A stretch of DNA of 64,000 bases from an uncultured Gemmatimonadales bacterium (GTDB lineage Bacteria > Gemmatimonadota > Gemmatimonadetes > Gemmatimonadales > GWC2-71-9): the NCBI GenBank assembly GCA_963730185.1, contig CAVSQW010000013.1:1-64000 (forward strand), given 5' to 3'. The notes below the pieces were generated by a model. That model saw only the letters and a program-made list of their open reading frames with translations. It was not told the origin of the DNA and did not search any database. Shown here in pieces: positions 1-10,516 of the stretch; the stretch's first letter is position 1; each line of letters starts with the position of its first letter. The translations under genes and the position numbers were made by a program.

Positions 1-7
1 TCGTCAG

Positions 8-2287
8 GTGCCGTTGCCGATCCCCTCCGTTCGCCTTCGTTCCCGCGCCCCGCTGCTCGCGGTGGCAATGTTCGTCACCGCCGGGTCGGCTCGGGCCCAG
101 AACTCCGGGGTCGCCATTCGGGTCGACTCCTTGCTGGCTTCGGCCGAACGGGCGGTCGACGCGGGTCGCCCCTGGGAAGCGACCAGGCTGTTGACTCCCC
201 TGGTCCGGATTCCGGCCGCCCGGTCGCCCGAAGCACTGTTGGTGGCGGCGCGAGCCGCGGCGGGATGGGGCGGCTGGGGAACGGTCGTGCGCCTCCTCGA
301 CGGCGAGCCTTGGCTCGACTCCGCCGACGCCGAAGGCCGCGCCCTGCTGGCCCGCGCCCAACTGGAGCGCGGCGAGCTCGACGCCGCGCTCCAGAACGCC
401 CGGCGCTCGGTCGACAACCCCGCCGCTCGCGACCCCGGTGCCCGGGCGCTGACCCTGGCCCGGGCCCTTGATCGCGCCGATCGGCTCGATTCGGCCGCGA
501 CCTTTTATCGCCGGGCTGCTGCGGCGCTGCCCGAGCTGGCCGACTGGCTTTCGCTCCGGGCCGCTGGCGTCACCACTACCGACGGTCCCTTGCCCTGCTG
601 GCCCAGGTCCAGCTCCCCGTGGCTCGGGCTCGGATCGCCTGGACCGAGGCCCTGGCTCGCCGGCGGGCCGGCGCCTTGCCGAGGCGGCGTCGCTCTACGA
701 TTCCCTGGGCGACCGCGTCACCGCGATCGACCTCCGGCTCCAGACCGGCGACGGCGCCCTCAGGCGATCGGCCGGGCCAGCCTGGTGTCGCTCTTTCAGA
801 CCGGGGTCGGCGGCGACGACGCCCGCCGGGCGGTCGAGATCTTCGACCGGGAGTTTCCTCGTCACTCGGCGCTGGAGGAGCTCTCGCTGGCCCGGCGGGC
901 GGCGGCCGTCGGGATGCTCGACCGCGCCGCGACCGGGTTTTCGCGGGCGGGGCACCGGCACCTGACCGACCGGGACCGCTACACCTACGCCGGCGTCCTG
1001 ACCCGGCTCGGCCGGTACGACGAGGCCCTCCCGCTCTTCGCCTCGATCGGCACCCCGTCGCTCCGGGGGATGCCGCCTACCAGCGGGCTCGCGCCATCCT
1101 TCGGAGCGGGCAGGTGACGGCCGCGATCCGGGAGCTCCACCGGGTGGTGGCCCGGCATCCGAGCGATGCCGACCCGTCCGCCACGGCGCTCTACCTGATC
1201 GGCGATCTCCTGATCGATCGGCTCGGTGACGATTCGGCCCGCGCGATGTTCCGCGAGGCGGCGAAGCGCTACCCCCGCACCACGTTCGGCCGGCGGGCGG
1301 CCTTCCAGGCCGCCCTGATCGCCTACCGACCAGGACTACTCCACCGCGGCACTCGAGTTCGACGACCTGGCCCGCGGCGCGTCCCCGGGCGACGAGACCG
1401 TCGCCGGCCTGTATTGGGCCGGGTGGGCGCACGCCGAGGTCGGAGATTCGGTCGGTGCCCGGGAGCGGTGGACCTCGGTCCTGACCCGGGGACGGGACAC
1501 CTATTACGCCTTCCTTGCCGCCCGGCGTCTCGGCACTCGGGCGTGGAGCTTTGGCCCGGCGGCGACGACGACCGCTCGCGCCGGTCTGGCGGCACCTCTT
1601 CGGCGCGCCGCCACCTTGACCCGCCTCGGCCTCCGGGTCGAGGCCGAATTCGAGGTCGACGGCTTCGTCGACGGCGCGGGCTCCGGCGCCGACGGCATCC
1701 GCGAGACCGCCAAGGCCCTGGCCCGGGCCCAGCTCTACGGACGGGCGGTGCGGCTGGCCTTCCGGGCCCAGACCATGAGCCCGCCCGACGATCGCCAGGT
1801 GGCCGAGCTGCTCCACCCCCTGCCGTTCCGAACCGAGCTCGAGGCCGAGGCCGACAGCGCCGGGCTCGATCCATACCTGGTCGCGGCGCTGATCCGCCAG
1901 GAGTCCGCCTTCGACGCCCAGGCCCGCTCGGTGGCCGACGCCCGCGGCCTGATGCAGGTCCTCCCCTCGGTCGGCGCGGGCTACGCCAAGACCATGGGCC
2001 TGGCCGACTGGGATCCGGTCCTGCTCTATCAGCCCGGGGTCAACCTCCACTTCGGGATCGAACATCTTCGGGAAGGCATGGAGCGCTACCGCCAGCCCGA
2101 GGAGGCCCTGGCCGCCTTCAACGCCGGCGTCCAGCGGGTAGACCGCTGGCTCGATCTCCGGGGCGTGAAGGACGACCCCGAGATCTTCGTCGAGCGCATC
2201 CCCTTCACCGAAACCCGGGACTACGTCCGGCGGGTCATGCGAAACCTCGCGGTCTATCGCGCGCTCTACGGTGCCGATCAGACGTGA
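8..2287 (+). pseudogene. TPR-containing soluble lytic transglycosylase, frameshifted mirror copy of 18589-20877 (breaks probably sequencing errors)
   Basis: Same N-terminus (MPLPIPSVRL) and SLT domain as the intact copy, but split by indels near 578-590, 680, 770, 1068 and 1326. Confidence 0.85.
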
Positions 2288-3518
2288 CGCACGACCCGTA
2301 TCTCGCTCTTCGCCGTCCTGGATTCCGCCGCTACCTCGGCGGCCATGTCTTCGCGGTGTTGGGCCAGGGGATGCTGGCGGTCGCGGTCGGCTGGGAGCTC
2401 TACGACCGGACCGGCTCGGCAGCCGTGCTTGGGCTGGTGGGGCTGGTCCAGGTGTTGCCCCTGGTCGCCCTGGTCCTCCCGGCCGGGCAGACCGTCGACT
2501 CTCACGATCGCCGGCGGGTACTGGCCCTCGCCGAGATGGTCATTGCCGTGGCGGCGCTCGGCATCTTCTGGGCCTCGCTCCGGACGGCCCCACTCCCCTT
2601 CTACTACGGCTTCCTCGCCCTCTACGGCGTGGGCCGGACCTTCCAGCTTCCCGCCAAGCAGGCCATCCTGCCCCACCTCGTCCCGATGGATGCGTTCACC
2701 AACGCGGTGGCCTGGAACGCCGGCGGCTGGCAGACGGCCGACGTGGTGGGGCCGGCCCTGGGCGGGTTCCTGATCGGCCTGGCCGGCGCCGCCGCGCCGG
2801 TCTACCTAGTGACCGCCGTCTCGGCCCTGGCGTTCGCCGGGTTGGCGGCCCGCCTGGAGCTGGCCACGCCGCCCCGCCGCCGGAGACCGATCGCCTGGAC
2901 CGGCCTCCTCGAGGGGATCCGGTTCGTCCGCAACTCGCCGGTGCTGCTGGCCGCCATCTCGCTCGATCTCTTCGCGGTCCTCCTCGGCGGAGTGGTGGCC
3001 CTGCTCCCCGTCTACGCCAAGGACATCCTCCACGTCGGCCCGACCGGTCTCGGCTGGCTCCGGGCGGCGCAGTCGATCGGGGCGGTGAGCACCTCGCTGT
3101 GCTGGCCCACGGCCCGCCGCTGCGCCGAGCCGGCCGGACCCTCCTGACCTCGGTGGCCGGCTTCGGGGTCGCGATCGTCGTCTTCGGGTTCTCGCGAAGC
3201 TTCGCGCTTTCCCTCCTGGCCCTGGGCGTCGCCGGAGCGTTCGACGCGGTGAGCGTGGTGATCCGCCTGGCCCTGACCCAGCTCAAGACGCCGGACGAGC
3301 TCCGGGGCCGGGTCTCCGCCGTCAACAGCCTCTTCATCGGGATGTCGAACGAGCTGGGTGAGTTCGAGTCGGGGATGGCGGCGTCGCTGTTCGGCCCGAT
3401 CGTCGCCGTGGTGGGCGGCGGGGTGGCGGTGATCGCGATCGTCGGGCTGGTGGCTTCCCGGTGGCCCGAGATCGGCCGCCTGGAGCGCCTGGAAGGGATC
3501 GAGGAGGCGAGCGCGTGA
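2284..3518 (+). CDS. MFS transporter, mirror copy with a 1-nt deletion near 3098
   Basis: Matches the intact copy at 17357-18592 except acctcgctgtg vs acctcgctcgtg. The GTG start overlaps the upstream TGA. Confidence 0.85.
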
Positions 3519-3520
3519 GG

Positions 3521-4459
3521 TTAGGCCACGGCGAAGAGCCCGCCCAACGCTGACGCCTCGATCGGGACCGGGTCGGCCTGCAGCCCCGTCCGGCAGGCGG
3601 CCAGGCCCAGCACCTCGGCCGCCGACCGCCCGGCGGCGCGGAGGTCGTCGAGCCCGCTGGCCCGATCCCGCTTGCTGAGCTTGACGCCGGGCGTGCCGCC
3701 GAAGATCAGCGGGTGGTGCAGAAATCGAGGGGCGGCGTCGGCGCCGAGCAGCCGGCCCAGGAGGATCTGACGTCCGGTCGACTCCAGCAAATCGTCGCCC
3801 CGGATCACCAGATTCACGTCGTGGGCCAGATCGTCCGCCACCACCGCCAACTGATAGGTCCAGTTGCCCAGCGGGTCCCGAAGCAGCAGATCGCCGCTCT
3901 GGTCGGCCGGCGTCTGCAAGACCGGTCCATGGCGGAGGTCGGTGAATTCGACCGGATCGGCCGGCAGGCGCACCCGGAGCCCTCGCCCCGGCCCCTCCGC
4001 CAGGCCGGCGTCGCGGCAGGTTCCCGGGTAACGGGCCTCCTCGCCCGAGGCGGCGGGCTCGACGGCCGCCAGGGCGATGTCTTTGCGGGAGCAGCCGCAA
4101 GCGTAGACCCGGGCCACCCGCCGGAGCCGGTCCACCGCGCCGAAGTAGCGAGGCCCGTTGTCGCTCTGCCGATAGGGAGACGGTCCGGGACCTCGGAGCG
4201 ACCGCTCGCTGGCCGGGTCGGCCTCGAGCCCGAGCCAGGCCAGGTCGTCGAGGATCAGGCGCTCGAACTCGAGCCGAGAGCGGCCCCGGTCGTGGTCCTC
4301 GATCCGGAGCACCACCCGGCCACCGGCCGCCTGAGCCGCACCCCAGGTCCAGACGGCGTTGGCCACGTGGCCGAGATGGAGTCGCCCGGTCGGGCTCGGG
4401 GCGAATCGGGTGACGGGGCGCGCGGGAAGACCCCGAAGCGGAAAGGGTGGCACGGCCAC
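3521..4459 (-). CDS. gluQ: tRNA glutamyl-Q(34) synthetase GluQRS (mirror copy)
   Basis: RFAPSPTGRLHLGH (HIGH-like), CGCSR...YPGTC Zn site, IRGDDL and KLSKR (KMSKS-like); ~310 aa with no anticodon domain. Confidence 0.9.
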   Translation of the reverse strand: MAVPPFPLRGLPARPVTRFAPSPTGRLHLGHVANAVWTWGAAQAAGGRVVLRIEDHDRGRSRLEFERLILDDLAWLGLEADPASERSLRGPGPSPYRQSDNGPRYFGAVDRLRRVARVYACGCSRKDIALAAVEPAASGEEARYPGTCRDAGLAEGPGRGLRVRLPADPVEFTDLRHGPVLQTPADQSGDLLLRDPLGNWTYQLAVVADDLAHDVNLVIRGDDLLESTGRQILLGRLLGADAAPRFLHHPLIFGGTPGVKLSKRDRASGLDDLRAAGRSAAEVLGLAACRTGLQADPVPIEASALGGLFAVA

Positions 4460-4547
4460 CAAGCTAGCCGCCCCCCGCGCGCCATTGCGACCCTTCCCGG
4501 TCGTGAAGCATCATCTCAGCGTTCACCTCGAGCCATCAGGAGCCCCC

Positions 4548-5708
4548 GTGCGTCGCGTCCCGACCCTCGCTCTCATCGTCTCGTCCTCGATCGCCTCGGC
4601 CGCGGCCGCCCAGACCACGGTCGCGCTGACCAAGCCCGACGCCGAGTTCGCCGAACCGTTCACCCGGGTCGCGAGCCTGCGGGAGCTGGCGGGTGGCAAG
4701 GTCATCGTCAGCGATACCCGCGACAAGATCGTGCAGATGGTGGACTTCAGCTCGGAAACCACCACCAAGATCGGGCGCGAGGGCCAGGGGCCCGGCGAGT
4801 ACTCGCTCCCCGCGACGCTGTTCGCGCTCCCCGACAACCAGACCTGGCTCCATGACCTGCTCGGGCGCCGGTTCCTGCCGATCGACCCGCGCGGCACGAT
4901 CGCCGATCCGGTGCCCATGCCGGGGACCTCGTCCTCCGGGCGGGGCGGGATGTTCATGATCGGCGGGGCGCAGGGCTCCGACGCCCAGGGCCGACTCTAC
5001 TTCCAGGCACCACCGATCAACCCCGCCGATCCCAATGGGGCGCCGCCAGACTCTTTGGCCGTCCTTCGCTGGAACCGGGTTAGCCCCGCCTTGGACACGG
5101 TGGCGTGGATTGCCGCGCCCAAGCCTCAGGTCACCAGCCTCGGCGGCGGGGCGCGGATCCAGATGCGGATTGGCGCCGGCAAGATGTTCGAACCGCAGGA
5201 AGCCTGGGGGGTATCGGGCGACGGCGCCGTCGTGCGGGTCATCCCCTCTCCCTATCACGTCGTCTGGTACGGCCCGGGCGCGCGGCCGGCCGCCGGTCCG
5301 GTCGTCCCCTACACCCCTCTTCCCGTCACCCAAGCTGACAAGGACGAGGTCATCGAAGCCCGGAAGCGGGGTGGGGCCGCCAACTTCGTGGTGATGGGTC
5401 GAAACGGAGGACGGGCCACCTCGCAGAAGATCGAGCTGCCCGACCCGGAGTTCGCCGACAGCAAGCCGCCCTTCCGGGGCCAGAGTTCCGTTTCGGTCGC
5501 GCCCGACGGCGAGGTCTGGGTCGAGCGGACCCAGCCGGCAGGCGCCAAGCAGGCGATCTACGACGTCTTCGACCGCTCGGGCCGGCTGGTGCGAAAGGTC
5601 ACCCTGAACCCTCGCAGTCGGGTGGTAGGCTTCGGGACGGGCACGGTCTACGTGGTCCGGCAGGACGAAGACGACCTGGAGTACCTGCAGCGGTTTCCGA
5701 AGCCCTGA
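4548..5708 (+). CDS. Secreted 6-bladed beta-propeller-like protein (mirror copy, allele A)
   Basis: AGGAG RBS before GTG; signal peptide ending AAAAQ; IGREGQGPGEY motif; C-terminal YDVFDRSGRLV...VYVVRQDEDDLEYLQRF. Confidence 0.8.
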   Translation: MRRVPTLALIVSSSIASAAAAQTTVALTKPDAEFAEPFTRVASLRELAGGKVIVSDTRDKIVQMVDFSSETTTKIGREGQGPGEYSLPATLFALPDNQTWLHDLLGRRFLPIDPRGTIADPVPMPGTSSSGRGGMFMIGGAQGSDAQGRLYFQAPPINPADPNGAPPDSLAVLRWNRVSPALDTVAWIAAPKPQVTSLGGGARIQMRIGAGKMFEPQEAWGVSGDGAVVRVIPSPYHVVWYGPGARPAAGPVVPYTPLPVTQADKDEVIEARKRGGAANFVVMGRNGGRATSQKIELPDPEFADSKPPFRGQSSVSVAPDGEVWVERTQPAGAKQAIYDVFDRSGRLVRKVTLNPRSRVVGFGTGTVYVVRQDEDDLEYLQRFPKP

Positions 5709-5718
5709 TCGCCCGACC

Positions 5719-8193
5719 TCACCCGCTGGCGAGCATCTTGGTCGCGTCCACCCGGGCCGCCTGCCACGCCGGGATCGCGCAGGTGACGAAGGCCACGACC
5801 CCGAGCACCAGCGGTCCCGCGACGAACGCCGCAAGGTCGGTCACGGCAATGCCGTAGACCAGGCCGGCGAAGAGACGCGAAAGCCCGAGCGAGATCAGGA
5901 CGCCGATGCCGGCGCCCAGCCCGACCAGCGCCAGCCCGCGCCCCTCCACCTGCCAACCGATCCGGGCGGGTGACGCTCCGAGCGCGAGCTGAATCCCGTA
6001 CTCGCGGACTCGCTGCCGGACCATCAGGGCCAGCACCCCGTAGACTCCGACCACGGTGAGGACGAGGGCCACCAGCGCAAAGGTCCCCAGCACCACCAGC
6101 TGGAACCGGCGGTCGGCCACCGACGAGGCGATCAGATCGTCCATGGACGCCATCCGGAACACCGCCGCGTCGGGCAGGATCTCCCGCACGACGCTCCGGA
6201 TCGGGGCGTCGAGATCGGTCGCGGCGGCGGGCCGGAGCACCACGTCCATCCCCCAGTTGAGGTAGTGCCCTCGGTGCCCTGCGCGAGCGGGAGGTACATC
6301 GCGGGCCGAGCCGAGCTCTCGAGCCCCCATGTGCACCGCCTCCGCGACCCCGACGACGCGCGCTCGGGGGGCCGGATCGTGCGGGACCGGATCCAGGATC
6401 AGCTCGGATCCCAGCGGATTCCGATCTCCCCAGTACCGCTCCGCGAAGGTCTGGTCGATGACCACCACCCGCTCGGCGCCCGCTCGGTCGCTTTTGCGGA
6501 TCGAGCGGCCGCGAATGATCCGGGTGCCCATCGCTTCGAAGTACCCCGGGGTCACCAGCCGGATGTAGACCGCCGGCCGGGCATCGCGGCTGGGGGCCGG
6601 ATCGTCGGCGAGATCGGCACTGGTGATCCAGTACTCGCCGGTGAGCGGGAGCCGGCTGACCGCGCCGACCTGGGTCACGCCGGGAAGCTGGAGGAGCCGG
6701 TCGGTCAGGGTGGCATAGCTTCGAACGATGCGGGCTCGATCGGCCGTCATCCTAGCCCAGATCGAGTCCATCGAGCCCTCGGCTTTGATCCGCCAGGGCG
6801 GCTCCACCCGAAAGGTGAGCACGTGGTCCGGCTCGAACCCCAGCGGCTGGCGAAGGAGCGACACCATGGTGCGAACGATGAGCCCCGTCCCGATGAGCAC
6901 CACCACGGCGAGCGCGACCTCGGCCACCACCAGCGAGGCCTGCCAGCGACCGCGTCGACGCGACCCGCCTCCCCGGCCGTCCTCGAACGCGCGCCGGAGG
7001 TCGGGCCGGCTTCCGGCCAGGGCGGGCATCAGACTGAAGAGCACGGCCGTGGTCACCACCAGCGCCGCCGTGAACAGCACCAACCGGCCGTCGAGCGCCA
7101 CCTCGCTCAAGCGGGGAATCGCGGAGGCGCCGAGCCGCCGCAACCCGGTCATCAGGACGACCGCCACGCCCAGCCCGACCGCCCCGCCCAGCGTAGCGAG
7201 CAACAGCCCCTCGGTCATGACCTGGCCGATCAGCCGGCCCGGTTCCGCCCCGAGCGCGCCGCGCAGGGCCATCTCCCGCTCCCGCCCGAGCGCCCGACCC
7301 AGCAGCAGGCTGGCGACGTTGGCGGCGGCCATCAGCAGGATCAGCCCCGCCGCCGCCCAGACCAGGAGCAGCGACGTTCGGACCTGACCGACCGTGGCCT
7401 CGCGGAGCCCGACCACCTTCGCGGTCCACCCCTCGTTGGTCTCGGGGTAGGCCCGGGAGAGATTGCGGGCCTCCACCACCAGGGCCTCGCCCGCCTCGGC
7501 GACGGTGACTCCCGGCGCGAGGCGCCCGACGCCCCCCAGGAAGCGCGCGCCGCGCCGCGCTTGTTCGTCGGGCATGAGCCCGAGCGGGACCCACATGGCC
7601 ACGCCGGGGTTCGGAAAGGCGAATCGGGCCGGCATCACCCCGACGATCCGACGCCACACGCCGTCGAGCTCGATCGCCCGCCCGACCGCGTCGGGCGAGG
7701 CCCCGAGCGAGGCGACCCAGAAGGCGTGGCTGACCACGACCGCGTCGCTGCCGGGCACGTCGTCGCCGCCGGTGAGCACTCGACCCAAGGCGGGCCGGTC
7801 CAGGAAGACTCGGAAGAACGACCCGCTCACGGCGACGTAGGTGATCCGATCGGGGACCTCCTCGACCTTCACGGTGCCGGATCGGGCCTGGTAGCCGGTC
7901 GTCGACTGGAAGAGATCCGAGCGCGCCGCCGTCAGATCCCGGAGATTGGCCGGCGACACTCCGAAGTCCAGCATGCCCTTGGCCACATTCTCCTCGATGA
8001 TCCCGACCAGGCGTTCCGAGTCGCGGAGGGGAAGCGGCCGCAGGATCACCCCGTCCACCAGACTGAAGAGGGCCGCATTGCCACCGATTCCCAGTCCGAG
8101 GGTCAGAATCGCCACCAGGGCGAAGCCGGGCGAGCGCCGGACCTGACGAAGGGCAAGCGTCACATCCTGACGGAGGGGGTCCAGCAGGTTCAT
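5719..8193 (-). CDS. ADOP-type (MacB/FtsX duplicated) ABC permease, mirror copy with compensating indels near 6265-6330
   Basis: QDVTLALRQVRRSPGFALVAILTLGLGIG N-terminus; two RxRE.(A/G).(R/Q).ALGA FtsX motifs. Confidence 0.88.
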   Translation of the reverse strand: MNLLDPLRQDVTLALRQVRRSPGFALVAILTLGLGIGGNAALFSLVDGVILRPLPLRDSERLVGIIEENVAKGMLDFGVSPANLRDLTAARSDLFQSTTGYQARSGTVKVEEVPDRITYVAVSGSFFRVFLDRPALGRVLTGGDDVPGSDAVVVSHAFWVASLGASPDAVGRAIELDGVWRRIVGVMPARFAFPNPGVAMWVPLGLMPDEQARRGARFLGGVGRLAPGVTVAEAGEALVVEARNLSRAYPETNEGWTAKVVGLREATVGQVRTSLLLVWAAAGLILLMAAANVASLLLGRALGREREMALRGALGAEPGRLIGQVMTEGLLLATLGGAVGLGVAVVLMTGLRRLGASAIPRLSEVALDGRLVLFTAALVVTTAVLFSLMPALAGSRPDLRRAFEDGRGGGSRRRGRWQASLVVAEVALAVVVLIGTGLIVRTMVSLLRQPLGFEPDHVLTFRVEPPWRIKAEGSMDSIWARMTADRARIVRSYATLTDRLLQLPGVTQVGAVSRLPLTGEYWITSADLADDPAPSRDARPAVYIRLVTPGYFEAMGTRIIRGRSIRKSDRAGAERVVVIDQTFAERYWGDRNPLGSELILDPVPHDPAPRARVVGVAEAVHMGARELGSARDVPPARAGHRGHYLNWGMDVVLRPAAATDLDAPIRSVVREILPDAAVFRMASMDDLIASSVADRRFQLVVLGTFALVALVLTVVGVYGVLALMVRQRVREYGIQLALGASPARIGWQVEGRGLALVGLGAGIGVLISLGLSRLFAGLVYGIAVTDLAAFVAGPLVLGVVAFVTCAIPAWQAARVDATKMLASG

Positions 8194-8306
8194 GGATCGC
8201 CTCGGGTATGGGATCGCTCGGCAGCCGGACGGGGACGCCCGACCGGCGACGCCGTCCCGTTGAGATACCCTACCGTGCCGGGGCGTTGCAGCACGCCGGC
8301 CGGCCG

Positions 8307-10369
8307 TTACCGCGGCTGACCGCCGTGTTGCCCGAACCAGCTCATCATGTAGAGCATGGTCCGCATCCAGTTGCTCGGCAGCGACTCGGTCCCGTGCCAC
8401 TCGCCCTCGAACCGGAGCAGCCGGGCCGGCACCCCGCGCATCTTGAGGGCGGCGTAGAACTCCTCGGACTGAGGCATCGGGGTGCGCATGTCGAGCACGC
8501 CGGTCATTACCAGGGTCGGGGTCGTGACGTTGCCGACGTACGCGAGGCTCGACTGCTTGAACCAGGTCAGGGGATCGTCCCAGAACGGCTTGGTGAAGAA
8601 CGCATAGCCGAAGAGGGGCACGTCGGTCTCGCCGGCCATGCTGATCCAGTCGATCACCGGACAGCGAACCGCGGCCGCGGCGAACCGGTGGGTGTGGCCG
8701 ATGACCCAGCTCGAGAGCACCCCGCCGCCCGAGCAGCCAGATACGTACAGTCGGGCGGGATCCACGTAGCCTCGGCCGATGACCGTGTCGACCCCGGCCA
8801 TCAGGTCGTCGAAGTCGACGCTGGGATAGGCGTGCTCGATCGCGCCGGTGAAGGCGTCGCCATACCCCGTGCTGCCCGGGGATTGGTGAAGAGGACCACG
8901 TAGCCCTGGGCGGCGAACACCTGCCACATCATGTCGAAGCCGACCCCGTACATGCTCTGGGGACCGCCGTGGATCTCCAGCAGCATCGGATACTTCTTCG
9001 TGGGATCGAACCTCGGCGGCTTGACGATCCACCCCTGGATCCGGGCGCCACCGCTCGACCGGTACCAGATTTCGTCGACGCTCGCCAGGCGTTTGCCCCG
9101 GACCAGATCGGCGTTCACCTCGGTGAGCGGGGTCGGGGTGGCGCCGCCCCGCCCGTCCAGGGTTATCCGCGCCACCTCCGGCGGGCTGTCGAAGCGGCTC
9201 ACCACACCCACCGCCGTGGCCCCCGCCAACGAGCCGAGGGACAGCATCTCCGCCCCCTCGGTCACCGCCCGAATCGGCCCGCCGCCGGCGGGAGCGAACC
9301 AGACGTTTTCGGTGCCCCGGTCCTGGGCCGAGAAGTAGAGGCCGGTCCCATCGGGGGCCCAGTGCACCGCGGCGCCGGCGAACCCGCCGATCTCCCGGTC
9401 GAGCGAGCGGGACAGATCAGTCGCTCCCGAGCCGTCGGCGTGCATGACCCAGAGATCGGCCACCTGCCAGACCCGGGTGGTATAGGGATGCCCGGTGTAG
9501 GCGACCCGCTTCCCGTCGGGCGACACCACCGGCCCCGACCAGAAGCCGCGGTCGGCGGTCAGGCGGCGCCGAATGCCGGTCGCGACGTCGACCGCGTAGA
9601 CGTTCGACTCGCCGTAGACGTGATCGCCGTCCGACTCGGCGTAGCCGTCGAAGTAGATCGTCCGTCCGTCCGGCGACCAGCTGTGGGCCGCTCCGAAGGC
9701 CATCCCGTCGAACGCCGCGCCCACGCTCCAGTCGCCGCTGGTGAGCTGGCGCGGGGTCCCGCCGTCGGCCTGGACGACGAAAAGGTGGACGAATCCCGGC
9801 TGGGTGTACCCCTGCCGATCGGCCCGGTAGTGGAGCCGGTCGACGATCCGGGGTCCGGGAGTCCAGGTCGCCCCCGGGGGCGGCGCCGGCAGGTCGATCG
9901 CCCAGTCGTCCATCTTGGGCACGAACATCCCGAACGAAAGCCACTTGCCGTCGGGCGACCAGGTGACGCTCCGGGGCCCGTGGCTCACCCTGGTGATCTG
10001 ACTGGTCGCCCCTTCGGCGTCCATCCACCGGACGAAGATCTGGGCGCCCTCGGAGCCCTCGCCCGCGGCGAGGTACGCGATCCGGGTGCCGTCCGGTGAC
10101 CAGACCGGGCCGCCGCCTTTGGCCAGGAACCGGTTCCGGCCGCCGTCGGCGTCCATCACCCAGATGGCGCTCTCCGTTCGATCCTTCCGCTGGTCAACCC
10201 AGGTCCTGGTGTAGACGATCGTCTTGCCGTCCGGCGAGATCTGGGGATCGCTCACCTGCTCCAGGTCCAGATAGCTTCCCACCGTCAGGAGCGAGTCGGC
10301 CGCCGTCGTCTGGGCCCGAGCCGATCCCGCCGCGACCGCCAACGCCACCACCGAGATCACGTAGCGCAT
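8307..10369 (-). CDS. S9 family serine peptidase (DPP/acylaminoacyl-peptidase-like), secreted; one frameshift near 8877
   Basis: Signal peptide MRYVISVVALAVAAGSARAQ; repeated WSPDG propeller motifs; IHGGP, NPRGSTGYG, GCSGGG nucleophile, D.RTP and EWHG. Confidence 0.88.
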
Positions 10370-10516
10370 TCCCGCCTCCGATGAGGGAGCCGTCACCGCC
10401 CCCGTTGGGCCAGCCGCTCCACGGCGGCCAGTCGTTCCTTGGTACCCAGGAACGACTGGCCGCCGTGGAGCGGCTGGCCCGACGGGGCGGTGACGGCTCC
10501 CTCATCGGAGGCGGAG

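Noticed and set aside
4995..5540. Diversity-generating retroelement template/variable repeat pair
   Set aside because: Differences are not adenine-specific, many are synonymous, and there is no reverse transcriptase in the window.
10441..10446. Apex hexamer is a KpnI site, suggesting restriction/ligation origin
   Set aside because: Any perfect fold-back creates a palindromic hexamer at its axis, so the match carries little information.
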